Positions 11,895 to 25,330 of a DNA stretch of 64,000 nucleotides are shown here, piece after piece. Below the pieces are notes generated by a model. The model was not told the DNA's origin, searched no databases, and saw nothing but the letters and a program-made list of their open reading frames with translations. Source of the stretch: Eledone cirrhosa. Taxonomy: Eukaryota. A program made the position numbers and the translations under genes. Numbering within the stretch: position 1 is the first letter of the stretch; each line of letters starts with the position of its first letter. The DNA lies in contig OZ024740.1 in the NCBI GenBank assembly GCA_964016885.1, forward strand, positions 100,936,001-101,000,000, read 5' to 3'.

Positions 11895-13535
11895 ATGAAA
11901 ACTGGTAAGGCTGCTGGACCATCGGGAATAGTTGCTGAGATGCTGAAGGCATCAGGGGATGTAGGCACTAAACTGGTTGCACGCATCATCAATCAGGCTA
12001 TATATGGTGGTGTCATACCCAAAGACTGGTGCAGCAGTATTCTCATAAATTGCTACAAAGGTAAAGGGGATGCTCTGGAGAGGATCAATTATAGGGATAT
12101 AAAACTGATGGATCAGGTTATGAAAGTGCCAAAAAGGATATTAGCACAACTAATTAGAGAAAGGGTCAAACTAGGTAAGATGCAGTTTGGTTTTGTGCCT
12201 GGGAAGAGTACAACAGATGCCCTCTTCTTGGTGAGACATTTGCAAGAGAGGTTCTTAGAGAAAAATAAGCCACTATACTTAGCCTTTGTTGACCTAGAGA
12301 AGGCCTTTGATAGGGTACCCCGATCTGTCATCTGGTGGTCCCTAAGGAAGCTAGGTGTTGAGGAATGGCTTGTGAGGACAGTGCAAACTTTGTACAGAGG
12401 TACTCTCAGTAAAGTGAGGGTAGGAATGGAGTTTAGTGAAGAATTCCAGATACAAGTAGGAGTACATCAAGGTTCGGTCCTCAGCCCGCTCTTGTTCATT
12501 ATAGTCCTCCAAGCCATAACAGAGGAGTTTAAGACTGGCTGTCCATGGGAACTTCTCTATGCGGACGATCTGGTTCTTATAGCAGAATCAGTAGAGGAGC
12601 TAGAGAATAAATTCTGGCTATGGAAACAGCAGTTGGAAGCAAGAGGACTGAGAGTGAACCTAGCTAAGACAAAAGTGTTGATGAGTAGAAAAGAGGACCA
12701 AACCCTGATTCCGTCAGGGAAATGGCCATGTTCGATATGCAGAAAAGGAACTGGCATAAATTCTATAAAATGCACACAATGCAGATCCTGGGTACACAAG
12801 AGATGTAGCGGGATAGCAGGAAAACTAACAGGTAGGGAGAAATATGTATGCAGTAGATGTACAGGGAAATTAGACAGTAAAAGTCGCATTGATAGACACA
12901 TTTTTCAGATGCAGGAGGGCGCTATAGAAGTGGTGGATAGCTTCCGGTACCTAGGAGATCAGATTAGCATGGGAGGAGGGTGTTCCGAGGCCATAGTATC
13001 TAGAATAAGGCCGGGTTTGAAGAAGTTTAGGGAGCTGCTTTGTCTGCTGACGAAGAAGGGTTTCTCCCTGCATACGAAAGGCCGGTTGTATGATACCTGT
13101 GTGAGGAGCGCGATGCTGCATGTTAGTGAGACATGGGCAGAAACTGCAGAGGATATGCGACAGCTGGAGAGAGATGAGGCAAGCATGCTCCGTTGGATGT
13201 GCAGTGTAAATGTGCGTGAACGACCCAGCATAAATGTGTTGAGAGAGAAACTATGTCTGAGAGGGATAGAATGTAGTGTACGGGAGAGGAGACTGAGGTG
13301 TTATGGACATGTGATGTGCATGGAGGATGACCGATGGGTGAAGAAGTGCCAGGAAATGCCAGTTGAAGGAAGACGTGGTAGAGGTAGACCACGAAAAACA
13401 TGGGCGGAGGTGGTGAGAACAGACCTCAGATCATTTAAGCTCACGGTGGAGATGACGAAGGACCGTGATGAGTGGAGAGATGCTGTGCTGAATAAGACCC
13501 GTCCCACCCTTGCGAGCAGGGAAAAGCGGACGTAA
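11895..13535 (+). pseudogene. RTE reverse transcriptase with internal PHD-like finger
   Basis: 546-aa open stretch with QFGF, DLEKAFD, QGSVLSP, YADD, C4HC3 finger, FRYLG and RGRPRKTW. Confidence 0.92.
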
Positions 13536-13831
13536 AATGATGATAATGATGATGATGATGATCTATATATGTATTGATAGTCTATGGTCCTAGGAATGGG
13601 AAGACCACAAAGAAGAGAAGTACTCAATATATAGAAAGATGCAAAGTGGGTATATTAATATATATTGCGGTAGATCCTCTACTTTCACTAATATATATAT
13701 GAGAAATGAGTCTTTTTTATGAAAAAAAAAACAAAAGAAAAAGAAAAAAAAACAAGATGTCCTAAATGGTTGAAAGTATAAGGAAAAGAAATTGAAAATG
13801 CAACTGGAGTCATTTTAACAATATTTATTTA

Positions 13832-13875
13832 TTTACTTTACCGGTTTCACAGTTCTTATGCTTTTCAAAAGTAAA
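13832..13875 (-). ncRNA. Minimal hammerhead ribozyme, U3-A8 core variant
   Basis: Minus strand: tttactt-TTGAAAA-gca taagaac tgt-GAAA-ccgg-TA-aagtaaa. 7-bp stem I and palindromic stem III accggt. Confidence 0.7.
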
Positions 13876-14143
13876 AGTAAGATTGAGGGTTTGTGGTTTG
13901 TCTTGCATCTGTTTTGTTTTCGAAAGTTCTCTCTATTTTATATGGAAAGAGCACCTCGAATTGCTGAGGGTATTTAAAAGTAATTTGGTTGGTTGATAAC
14001 AGTCATGTGAATAAGTACAATATATTTTGTGCCAGTTCATGTTGGTAAGTTCTTATCATATTTGCCTTAAAAAATGTGGCTCAAATTGTTGTTTAATATA
14101 GAAATTACCTTACTTACTGTGGTTACACTTGATTGAACCCAGT

Positions 14144-14181
<38 letters not shown>

Positions 14182-14268
14182 TGTGTTCAATAGTTGTTTT
14201 GGTAAAAACAGGAGTAAGCAGGAGAAAGCTCTCTACATTCGTAGTGTGTAATTACAATGGAAATTCAG

Positions 14269-14638
14269 TATAAGAATAACATTCAGAAAAATGCTGATGT
14301 TACATGAATAGTTTATTCATTACAATTATTTCAACGGTTCCCTTCTGCAATCTGTGATGTAACATATATATTAGTTGTTGTTATGGGAATGGTATCTTCA
14401 GATGAAAATTCGATTTTTCTGATATGCCACTGGTTAAAACCACTTCCTGACATGTCAGACGGCCACATGAGTAGAAGGGAGTGTTTTTCGCCTGCGGCAT
14501 ATCTGTATTTTCATCTGAAGATACCATTCCCATAACAACAAATGCACACATTACCTCATGGATTGCATAAGGGAATCGTTGAAATAATTATAATGAATAA
14601 ATGATTTACATAACATCAGCATTTTCCTTAATGTTATT

Positions 14639-14644
<6 letters not shown>
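14269..14644. repeat. Imperfect fold-back palindrome (PLE pLTR) with a hammerhead in each arm
   Basis: Arms about 14269-14408 and 14508-14644. Plus-strand HHR 14509-14598 (tttcat-CTGAAGA-taccattccc..gggaatcgtt-GAAA-taatta-TA-atgaat). Minus copy at 14315-14407. Confidence 0.8.
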
Positions 14645-14678
<34 letters not shown>

Positions 14679-15289
14679 CGGCTGAATACGCATGTGTTTT
14701 TTTGTTTTGTTTTTCTCATTTTCCCCGTTCCTTCCTCTCATTACTCCTTACTTTCTGTTTCTACCTCTATCTTCTGGTGAAGCATTAGTGTCTGAAACTA
14801 TAAGACACTCTTCCTGCTATTTCAAGCATTAAACTAATATATTTCTTCCATGTACTGTGCCGTTGTTTTGTTATTTTTGTAATTACTTTTACATACATAT
14901 ATATATATATGCACATACATACACACAAAGGATCATCGTCATGGCAGTACTCAGAGTAAGACTGGTTATGCTCAATAGTGATAGGATTGATCTGTCTACT
15001 GTTGGTTATGTGGCTGTTGCAGTACCAACAATGCATGTGAAATACTAGTGGTGGTACACTATTACTAATTGTCCAGGTAAATGTTTACATATGTCAAATA
15101 TGACAATGAGAATTGGCCTGCTAATCTAAGTGTAATGATTACAACATTTCCCTTGTACACACTAAATATGTAGTTTGATTTCTATAAATAATTCTGTTCA
15201 CTTTTTCTGTCTTATTTTGTAAATGCCTTATCAGACATCAACTAAAAAATCCTAAATGCTTATGAATATATATACATAAGTATAAATGG

Positions 15290-15367
<78 letters not shown>

Positions 15368-15921
15368 GATAGAGATCTATATGTGTGTGTGTGTGTACGT
15401 TTATATGTGTATGTGTTTTGTGTGCATGTGTAGATGCTTACATACTAATTTTCTTATGCCTATGGCTCTACCTACCTATAGATGCAGACAACAAATGTAT
15501 AATTCACTTACTACCAATGTGTCTCCTAGAATATGTCTTAACAAATGTTTAAGATAAACTTTGTTAAAGATATGTTTTAAAATGGTGTATTGTGTCTGCG
15601 TCTTTTATTTGTTTAAAGGAAAATAACATGTTTGACCTGCAGTGTAATGCTTTAAAATAATGAAAGAAATACTGAAAGATTTATTAAATTATAGATCCAG
15701 CTGTGTTTAGATCGTGTCTGTGCAATTATAGATCGTGTCTGTGCAAATATGTTTAGACAAACATGCATAGAGATATATATGCATATATACATATATAAAG
15801 AAACTTACAAATAATACAATAAATTTGCTATATAAGGTTATATCTCTATCTCTATATTGTTTCTTATGGATAGACATTCACAGATCTGAATATATATACA
15901 TACATACATACATACATACAT

Positions 15922-15956
<35 letters not shown>

Positions 15957-16329
15957 TGTAAGAGGTTCTCTGTTATCTATCTGTGGATCTGTTACTGTTC
16001 TCTTCAGAAAAGAAATTAAGAATAACTAATGCAATAACAAAACTGCATACCCTTGCACATAAACAGGCATACATAAATACACACACAAGTACATTCATGA
16101 ATACTATAATTGTCAGTCCCATATATCCACGATGGGATAGCAAATAGTTATATATTTTAGGTGCCATCTATTGAATATAAGAAAATATCCCAATCTCTAA
16201 CAGTGACAAGATTCTTTTCTTGAGGCTTAAACAGTATTCTATTCATATCTATGCTAACAAGTATTCATTTATCTAAAGTATTCATAGCATGTATTCATAT
16301 ATTCTGACATATATTCATGTATATAAAAA

Positions 16330-17240
16330 CATATATGTGTGGGGTATGTTTTAGAAGCTACTACAATGCAAATGGGTTTATAAATATTGAGGTACCAAAA
16401 TTGGATAAGAAAGGAGAGAGGTAAGATTGGGTGCAAAGAAGTGAAGAAGGAAGGTATTGCTTTGGTAATATTTATTAATCCTAATATATTTCAGATACAC
16501 TATCCATTTTCAAAATATCTCTTTGGAACCATAGATAATAGTGGAGAGGAGCTTTTTAGACATCCATTTGGTTTGTGTTGAAGTTATGACCAACTGGTTA
16601 AGTGCACAAAATTCAGTGGGGTATATTTTGATTAAGCTGGTTGGTAGCATTATCAGTTTGGTAATGCAATCTGTTATTGTCAGAGTAGTGGTTTCCTAGC
16701 CAATAAGTTGTCCATTCTAGTAAAAACCAGCATGCCAATAATAGTAAACAGTGTGGCAGAAGGAGGTTGGCAATTAGTTGTTGTCAATTAGTAGTTGTGA
16801 CTGTCAACTGACTGATCATGGTAGAGATTGCTCTGGTTGGTACTTTGTTTATTTCCTTATTTTGTTTGTTTTTTCCACTGGAGTAGTTTTGCCATGCTAG
16901 GGATGTAATATTTGTTTATTTTTCTGTTTTGTTTGTTGTTTTTTTTGTTTTTGTTTAGGTGGCTGGATCAAATTCGACACTGGACTTTGCTGTGTTCCAA
17001 TCTAATATTAATGGATGGTTTAGTAGAGCTTCCTTGATCCATAGTGTGTATATATTTCATTCCATGTCCAGTATGGTGGTGGTTAGGTTCTTGTCTTTGT
17101 TCCTACTTTTTAATTATGTATTTCTGGAATAACAGAGTTCGTGGTGACGTCTTCTTTTGTCCATGATGTCAAGGGTTGAATCATGCTGCCAATGCAGTAT
17201 TTATAGCACTTATGGCACTCTATTTGGTAAACCACATATG
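16330..17240 (-). mobile_element. Decayed Penelope-like GIY-YIG fragment with downstream pLTR
   Basis: Minus strand reads [17 protein letters not shown]...KE and later LWIKEALL. A degenerate U3-A8 hammerhead lies at 16478-16518 (-). Confidence 0.6.
16478..16518 (-). ncRNA. Degenerate hammerhead, U3-A8 core variant
   Basis: Minus strand: atatt-TTGAAAA-t ggata gtg tatct-GAAA-tata-TT-aggat. Stem I is imperfect. Confidence 0.45.
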
Positions 17241-17678
17241 CAGGCAGGCATTGTATATATATGGATATATATATATACAAGCATACATACATATGTATTT
17301 ACACAATTACATATGCACATGCACACACACACACATACATATATGAATATATATATAAATATATATATATATACATACATATATTTACACACATATATTT
17401 ATATATATATATATATGTATGTGTGTGTGGCAATTCTATGAAGTCACTATCATGAATGGATACATTGTTGTTTCAAATTCATGTTTGGATTGAAAATACT
17501 TCAGATCATAACAAAAGGATTCTCTCTCACTCTCTATTTCTTTTCTTTTCCTTTCTCTCACTATCTCTAACCCTGTTTCATCTTTTACTCTGCATAACTG
17601 GACAGTATGATATAATTTATATGCAAAAATCCTAATGCTATATGTCTATATTTTTCAGTATTGCTGGCTGTATATAAT

Positions 17679-17859
17679 ATAATTGTTTCTACTTTAGGCA
17701 CAAGGCCAGCAATTACCCAGTACATTACTGGTACTTTATTTTATCAACCCCGTAAGGATGAAAGGCAAAGTTAACCTCGGCGAGATTTGAACTCAGACTG
17801 TAAAGGGACATAACTATGCTAGAAAGCATGGCGTTCAACCCTCTACCGATACTGCCAAT
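17679..17859 (-). mobile_element. tRNA/Nin-like SINE
   Basis: Reverse complement of the 9926-10110 family. Confidence 0.85.
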
Positions 17860-20800
17860 GCTTGTTTATTTATACATATGTATGTATAAGTAAAAGGCAA
17901 ATTTCGCCTTTGAGCAAATTTTAATTTTAATTATAAAGGGTTGAAACTAATTATTGTAAATCACTTGTCCAATGTACAGAGGATTCTGCTAATCTTCCAC
18001 CTCTAATATATCCTTATCACCATTGCTTTTATGTCCACTCACCATTCTGGCACAAACTGGGCATTTTTACATGTTCTGGAGTTTGCTCATACAATTTACA
18101 TTTTACAGGGTTTCTATGGCTTGATGCCCTTCCTAACATCAACTACCTTATAATTTGTACTGGGTGCATTTTTGTATTGCACCAGCACTACCACTGTAGG
18201 GTTATTGGTGGCATATCAGAAAGAGACTAGCAGAGCTTCTCGATAGAAATATGGATGACAGTGATATAATATCAGTGGAAGAGGATAACCAGATATCCTC
18301 TTTCTTGGCTGGTTATTGTAGTGATAACCCAAACATACCCAATAAGAGTCTGGGTAGAATAGAATCCACTAGACAGAGCAAATTTTATTGCAGGACTGGC
18401 AAGGTAAGCAAATTTATCTTTCCAATTTTACAACCATGGTACCGAGCCGACTAGGTGTATTTTATCAAGGCACCAGCACTACCTCTTTACTCTGTGAACT
18501 TGGTCCATTTTATACTGGAACCAACACTAGAGATGTTGTTATATGATCATCCAGACTGAAGAGTCCTCTTAATGTCACTGTTTGTGAGCATATTTGAATC
18601 AGAAGTAATTTATATTTATCAGATAACTGTATATTAAAAACTTGGACTTTGCTAACCACATTGATGGCAACTTATCTCAAAAAAACTATTTCAATTTTTG
18701 TATACCAAACTTCTTGAATCTTGCCCTGGTTCTACAATACAAAATTGTTTTAAGATGTTTGTACTTATTGCTGTATTGATCTCTGCATGCCACAAGGAAT
18801 GTTATCCAGATATTAAATAATGCCTAAAAAGTGACATCATGTTGGGTGTAAGTTAACTATTAAAAAGCCTATTATCATAGTTCTATATGAGACCCTTTGT
18901 TAAATATGTTCCAAGCATCAGTTTCATTATAAAACAGTAATATCACTAAATCCCTTCACCCTACAAAATACTTCATTATTTTCAAAATTATTTCAAAATT
19001 GTAATCTGTCTTTTAGTAGAAATATAGTAAGAAAAGGGTTAATAATGAATCTTTAGTCTTATAAGACAACTTTCACTAATGCTGTTGGCTTCACAATGTA
19101 AAATAGATGGTGAGCCTCCAGCAAAAACGCCCCTTTAAATATGCCAAACTTATGACACTCATGATGATTGTACAAGTATGTGAGTATCAATAGCACAGAA
19201 TATTAAGTAAATGAACCTTTATCAATAATTATGACTGTTTTAGTTGTTTTATCAATGGAATAGCTTGTTTGTGAAATGAAATTATCATGCAAGTAACTGA
19301 ACATTCCACGGACATATATACCCATAATATAATTCTCATGGATTTTAAAAATGATACAGCATGTAAGAAACTTGGCTCTTTGAATTACAAGTGCAGTCTA
19401 TCCAACAGGATTTTAAACAGCTTCTCTCTACCCAATGTCACTTGTAAGGCTAGCGTTGATCTATGGATATGATAAAAAATACTTATCTAAGATCCTGTTT
19501 AGTGAGATCCAATCTGCAACTTGATGCTAGTGGTGCAAACATTTTAAACATTTGGCTATGCTGTGGCCATGCATATAATAGACCTTGTTAATTAAAAAAT
19601 TACACCTAATAATAAAAGTAAACTAAATCAGTCAAAATAAATTATTATGATATTATATTATATTGAAGACTATTACTCCTGCCTGCCACTATCTACAATC
19701 CTCACCCTCCAAAATATATTAGATGTTGTTTAATGTCTATTCTTATACATAAACTTCATAATTTGCCGGCTGCAGCTTGAAAAAGTCTATCTCCCCCATA
19801 CTCATATTCAGAACTGGTTGGGAAATATGGATGATGTGGATTATTGGGGATGTCTTAGCTCTAATATAGGCATTTACTTCATGATTTACTCAGTTTTTAC
19901 AAATGTAATTTTTACGAGTTTGGTTTCCAATGATCTTGCCCACCAGATGCTTTGTTTTGTTGTTGGCTTTGTTTTCAGAGTGTATTATTTACGTTTGGAG
20001 CATTTCATGATTGCTTGCATTCTATATACATGTATATGGTGTGTATATGTATAGTGTAAGTGTATGTATATTTAGGGTAGTTATCGATGGTGAATAGACT
20101 AGTTGGAGCAATATATTTTGTATCAATAAGTAACAGTTACTTACAAGTTTCACCTTGTGGCTGATCACAGCTGCAGTTGTGATCAGCCATTAGATGAATG
20201 ACACATATTGATATAAAGTAAATTATTTTATTCTACTCTATGTATAGAGGTCTGTATTGGATAATGTTTTCTACCTGTATATGTTTTATGACAACTACAT
20301 TATCATATATACTTATATATGTGAGTTTGTATTATGCATGTATGTGTTTATATATAAATTATTTGACAGCCAGGCTGCTAAAACAAAATGACATATATGC
20401 AAGTGCTGGGGAAAATGAATATTAAATGGTGATGATGATGATAACGATGATGATGATACAATTAGGTAATGGTAGTTGACAGTAAATGCAGATAAAACAT
20501 TGAAAGACAAACAGTTACACATAGAAAGCTAAACTGAGATATATAGAATGTTGCTATCAAAATGCAATGTTTTTAGCCTAAGGTTTCTTCCAGAGTATTG
20601 CTCTCTGAAGAAAATAAGCTATAATAAAATAGATACAACTATACATACTATTTAGATAGTTCTTATTCATGTAAGCTTCCCTGGTACAATAGGTTCCTTG
20701 GTTTTTTTATCTGTGCTTCTTGAATGCGAATGAGCATTGTGTCATTAAAAAAATGTTAAGATATATGTAACCATGTTAATGTTCAGAGAACAGGTTATAA

Positions 20801-21949
20801 ATGTGTAAAAAAAACAAGAGACTTGCTGTGAGGATCTAGGCTATGATTATGTCATCAAAGATCTTTACTCACTAGTTACTGACACAAAATAAGCTTATAG
20901 CTATTTTGCATATCAGGGTAGAATGGGTGCTTTTTTGCTGTGGTACCTGTACAACAACATTGCAGAGTGGACAGGGTGTTTTGTCATGGCATTATTACCA
21001 CTATCTTACAGGTTAGATTGGGACCATTTTTGTCATGGCACCAGCATAACCACCTTACAGGGTAGGTTGGTTATTTGTTAGTGTGGTGACATAAGCACTA
21101 TTTCTGTATTGTATTGACTGCTTACTTTTTGTCATGGCACCAGCAATGTGGGAGAACAGGTGTGGAATGCTGGTTTTCCAAGAATGGGTTGGACAGGAAA
21201 GTGTACCAAGGTGTAGGGATGTGGCGGAAATACATCTTAATCATTGTTAAACATCTATTTATCATGCTGACCTGGGCCAGATGGGATGTCATGTTTTGAG
21301 TTTAAGCCAGACAGGAGACCATGTCTAGTTCATACTCTGTTTTTGTTTTCACTTGACTTTCCTGATCAAATGTCTTTCCAGACCCTACCCAAGCATTTTA
21401 TCATGGTACAAGGTGGGATATATTTGGTTTTCAGGGTTGGCATGGGTTGGATGGGGGATCGATAGGACACCCATCTTAATATGTTGACATGGGTAAGGCA
21501 GAGATGAAGATAGTGGCTGCCTTTCCTTGCTGAAAAAAGTTGGACCAGTCGAAGAGAGGAACTTTCTTTCTTTGCTGGCAAGAGTTGTTGGATATGCAAG
21601 GTGGGCAGGGATGTAGAAAGTGATTGGGGAGTAGGGATACTTAGATAATAAAGTGGTGGAGGACTATGCAGGATGAGAATAGAGGAAGTGAGTGTGAAAT
21701 GTTGGATATTTAGACAATCACTGAAGAGGGAATGTATGAGTATTAAGATGGCAGAAGGTGTATAGAAGAGATTGGCAAAGACTATTGTTCTCTCCATGTT
21801 TGTTTAACCCTGTGCATGTGGGAAGGCAGGTCTTCTGCAATATAGCATATCGCCAGACAATGATGCTGTTATGCCAGTCTTTGAGTATGACATCATTCTG
21901 TATTAGTTTAGTATATGAGTGGTTAAGGTGTGAACTACGATACCAGAAG

Positions 21950-22720
21950 CTTTCAACATAGCATCTTTCCCCAATGTTTTACAGACTCTCAAACGTGTCA
22001 AGCAAAATACCTTTAAATTTGTTACTGGCTGGGGTCTTCCTCGAGTTCTCTGTCCTTCTTCTCTGGGTTGCCTTTGGTCTTCAATTTATCTAGCTCTAAT
22101 TTTAAAGTCACTAAATAATAGGTTATGCTGGTTGGTGGATTCTTCATCAGTGGGTGGGGACTTTGTATTACAACCATCAATTTAGCTCATCTTCTGAGAA
22201 TAAAATCTATTCACTTGTTTTATAGGTGATCAAGTGGCTGGCTGGTTTTTGGGGGTTTGTGTTATAGATAGTTAGATTATTTGCATCACAGAATTTCAGA
22301 AACCTTGATCCTTCCTCATTTATCATAGAAACACCAAAGCCTCATTGTAACCCATAGAAGCCATCACACTGTTGTTCAACATATCCATTTAAGTTGCCTG
22401 CAAGGATTATGAAGTCATTGTCATTCTTTGGGGAATTAGACTGCATTGGGTATACATAAAATGCATCTTTTAGTTCATCTGACACTCCAGATTGTGTTGC
22501 ATATGCATATATAGTTATTACAATTTTTCTACCTAGGACTGACCTACTTTTCTGCTAACAGAAAACCTACTCCTCCCAGCCCATAGTTGTTACTCACTTA
22601 GCAAAATTTGTAGCATTTCTCTTTGCCCACATTGAATCTAGTTAATACGCCACTCCTCCTAGTCTCTTATACACAACACATATCCCCTTCCTTTTCCTCT
22701 AGCACCTCTAGAATCACCCT
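21950..22720 (-). mobile_element. Heavily decayed RTE APE fragment
   Basis: Minus strand reads GLGGVGFLLAEK, AYATQSG..ELKDAFY, ILAGNLNG and NEEGSRFLKFCDANNL. Confidence 0.65.
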
Positions 22721-24489
22721 TGATCTTCCTTTTCATCATGCTTATGTTGATAGTGGCAGCAGTGAAGTTTTGTACTTCACCAGAATAGGGAGGTGGATGC
22801 TTGAGGAAGGGAGCTGAATTGGTGTTGGCTTCCCATATGTATGTGTGTGTGTATACATCTACACATACATACATAAACACACACATATGGACAAATTTAA
22901 ACTGTAAAAGATGTACAAACGTTCACTCAACTTCAACTTCATAGAATATTTATTAATGTTTTCTTCGATTTGTCTTTCAACAAAATCCAATGTTTGTCTT
23001 TTAACGTCATCAAATCTGTTCTGTATCTTTAATATCAATAACCCTGTAAACTAATCTCTTAAAATAGAAAACACAACGCCACTGAATATCTTTCATCTTT
23101 CTACAACAAATATTTATTACCTAGAGTTTAGTTCTCTTGTAAGGTGTGTTGGCTGGCTATTGTTTTTGTTGCTAATGTTGGAATAATACTTCTTGTTGTT
23201 GTTGTTGCTAATATTTTATTAGTAGTTATTGCTGTTATTGTTGTTGTCATGTAATTTCTTTCGGTGTTGTATTTGTTGTTCTCTCTCTTTCTCACTCTCC
23301 TACTCTCTCACTCTTTCACTCACTCAAATCTCTTTCTCACACAGTTTATAGATATGTGCATTCATTTTTTTTAGTAGGATGTTTTTTTTTTTGGCTTGTT
23401 GTTTGTTCATTCGTTTTTTTTTTAGTGTGTTATAGTTGTTGCTCCTCCCCTCCACCTCTCTCTCTCTCTCATTTAATTTGGTTGGTTGGCTGGTTTCACA
23501 GTTGTTAGGTAGAGTGGATGACTTTTTCTTGTTTTGTGATAAAGATCACATATATATGTGTGATATATTACCACCACTGTAGCAGTTCTTGCCATTGTAG
23601 TTGTCATTGTTGTTGTTGTTATCATTATTGCTGTGAATGGCTCTTTGGAAGTGAGAGAAAGACACAGTTTCAATGCTGAGATATGAAAACATACCTGAAA
23701 GATTGTATGTAGTGCTTCCACCTTTTCCTAGTGTTTCTTTTAGTGGTAGACTTAATCAATTACCCTGTTTAACACTACTACTTGGCAATCTGCAAATGGA
23801 GATTTTTTTTCTTAGTTGATTTTTATTGTTTTTTTTCTTTCTTTCCTTTTCTTACATCCTATTTAGAGAAGGAAGGGCAGCACCCATAGTCATTTATTTT
23901 TTCAGAGCCTCTGAGTCTGGTAAGAAGAAGGGAGAAAGTTAAATTCAAACTACTTGTAATATAGTGAACTCTACTAAAATGACTTAATAACAATATGCTG
24001 GTGGTGGTAGTGGTTGTGATAGTCCTGGTCATGGTCATTGTCATTGTTGTTGCCATCTTGGTGGTTGTGTTAGTCTTGGTGGTGGTGTTAATCTTGGCCA
24101 TGAATTATGTCTATCATACAATAATTTTTCTGGCTCACTATTAGTAGAAAACTATTAAAGCTATCCATAAAGAAAAGAGTCTGTCCAAATCCCAGACACA
24201 CATTATACTGAACCTTATCATGGTTTCATTTGCATTAAGCAACTGAGAGTACATAACTCTCTCTTAGACGGGGGTTAGACTCCAGCTAATGCTGGCACTC
24301 AGATCTTTTAGCTGCATGATCTGGAGCAATATGAAATGAAGGGACTTATTAAAGAACACAACATACTGCCCAGTCCAAGAATTTTACCATGGCCTTATGA
24401 CCAGAAACTATCAGCCTAGCCTAGCTCCTAGCCTGCAAACCTTCACCCAGCTAGTCAAAGATAGTAATATATACAATATTACTCAAATT

Positions 24490-25330
24490 TACACACATCA
24501 GCTAGATGGTGTACTCAACTTGTATAGAAATTGACTAGCATTACATCAGTGAACTCATACTGAATAGAACTTTTCAAAGGATATGGACAATAAAATACAG
24601 CAATTCCACAGATTTGTAATCACTAAGCACCAACATTGTGAATGCTTATTAACAATAGGAAATATGAATGAAACTACAATGTTTTATGATATGCCAGGTA
24701 ATACCACTGTTGACTTACTTCTCAGAAGAACAGCAAAGTTAGTATAAAAACAACTGGATATAAAAAGCGACATTTTAAGGTAGTTTCAGCATGTTTAAAT
24801 GATGACATAAAACATAAACCAATAGTAATATCTAAAAGAAAAACTATGTCAAAGGAAATATTTCCAAGTTCACCTAAAAGGATGGATAGATGAAAGATAT
24901 TAACACATGTTTAGGTAGATGAAATTTGGATGAAAAGACCTGGGTGCCTTTATTATTACTTGTACAGATCCAGTTCTATTCACATTTGTGTAAATCTGCA
25001 AAGATGAAATAATAGGAAAATTGCAAGAGTGCAGGCAGATATTTTATTGAATAAGCCACTGAAAACAAATCATAGATCATATATCTGTTAGATGTCTCAT
25101 TAAATAAGCTATTTAAAACATAACATAGTATGGAAGATGTGGGTAGTATCTGTAAATAATGCAGTGGCAATGTGGGCAAAGTCTTATGCTTAGTTGTTGT
25201 ATAATAAACAAAAAAGAAAAAGCATAGAAAAGTATTCCAAGTGAAATGGTGAAAAGAATCATTTAAAATCAGAAATTTGGTTGTTGGAACAGAAAATGGT
25301 TATTATGAAACTAAAGTTTGTTTGATGATG
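24490..25330 (+). pseudogene. Decayed pogo/Tc2-type DDE transposase
   Basis: IGNMNETTMFYDMPGNTTV (about 24655), IKTTGYKKRHFKVV, KPIVISKRKTM, GWIDE, IWMKRPG, LDVSLNKLFK (about 25088) and IPSEMVK. Many stops and frameshifts. Confidence 0.75.

Larger units (their letters stand above)
10280..13562 (+). mobile_element. Near-full-length RTE-clade LINE (family A), disrupted
   Basis: Single APE-RT ORF from about 10476 (LRVATLNVSTL...; AYAPQ; GDFNGHVG; QIDF) to 13535 (AFVDLEKAFD, GVHQGSVLSPLLF, YADD). Premature stops (e.g. about 10576, 10585, 11374) and frameshifts. Ends in a (GAT)n tail. Confidence 0.93.

Noticed and set aside
11895-13535. 546-aa RT ORF as an active gene
   Set aside because: Part of a single RTE ORF whose upstream APE portion has several stops and frameshifts, so this copy cannot be autonomous.
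12113-13627. Antisense ORFs over the RTE (also 42791-43564 and 59999-62570)
   Set aside because: Shadow frames of LINE coding sequence with no independent motifs.
21100-21900. Possible decayed PLE/RT fragment on the minus strand
   Set aside because: Only vague motif resemblance and too degenerate to call.
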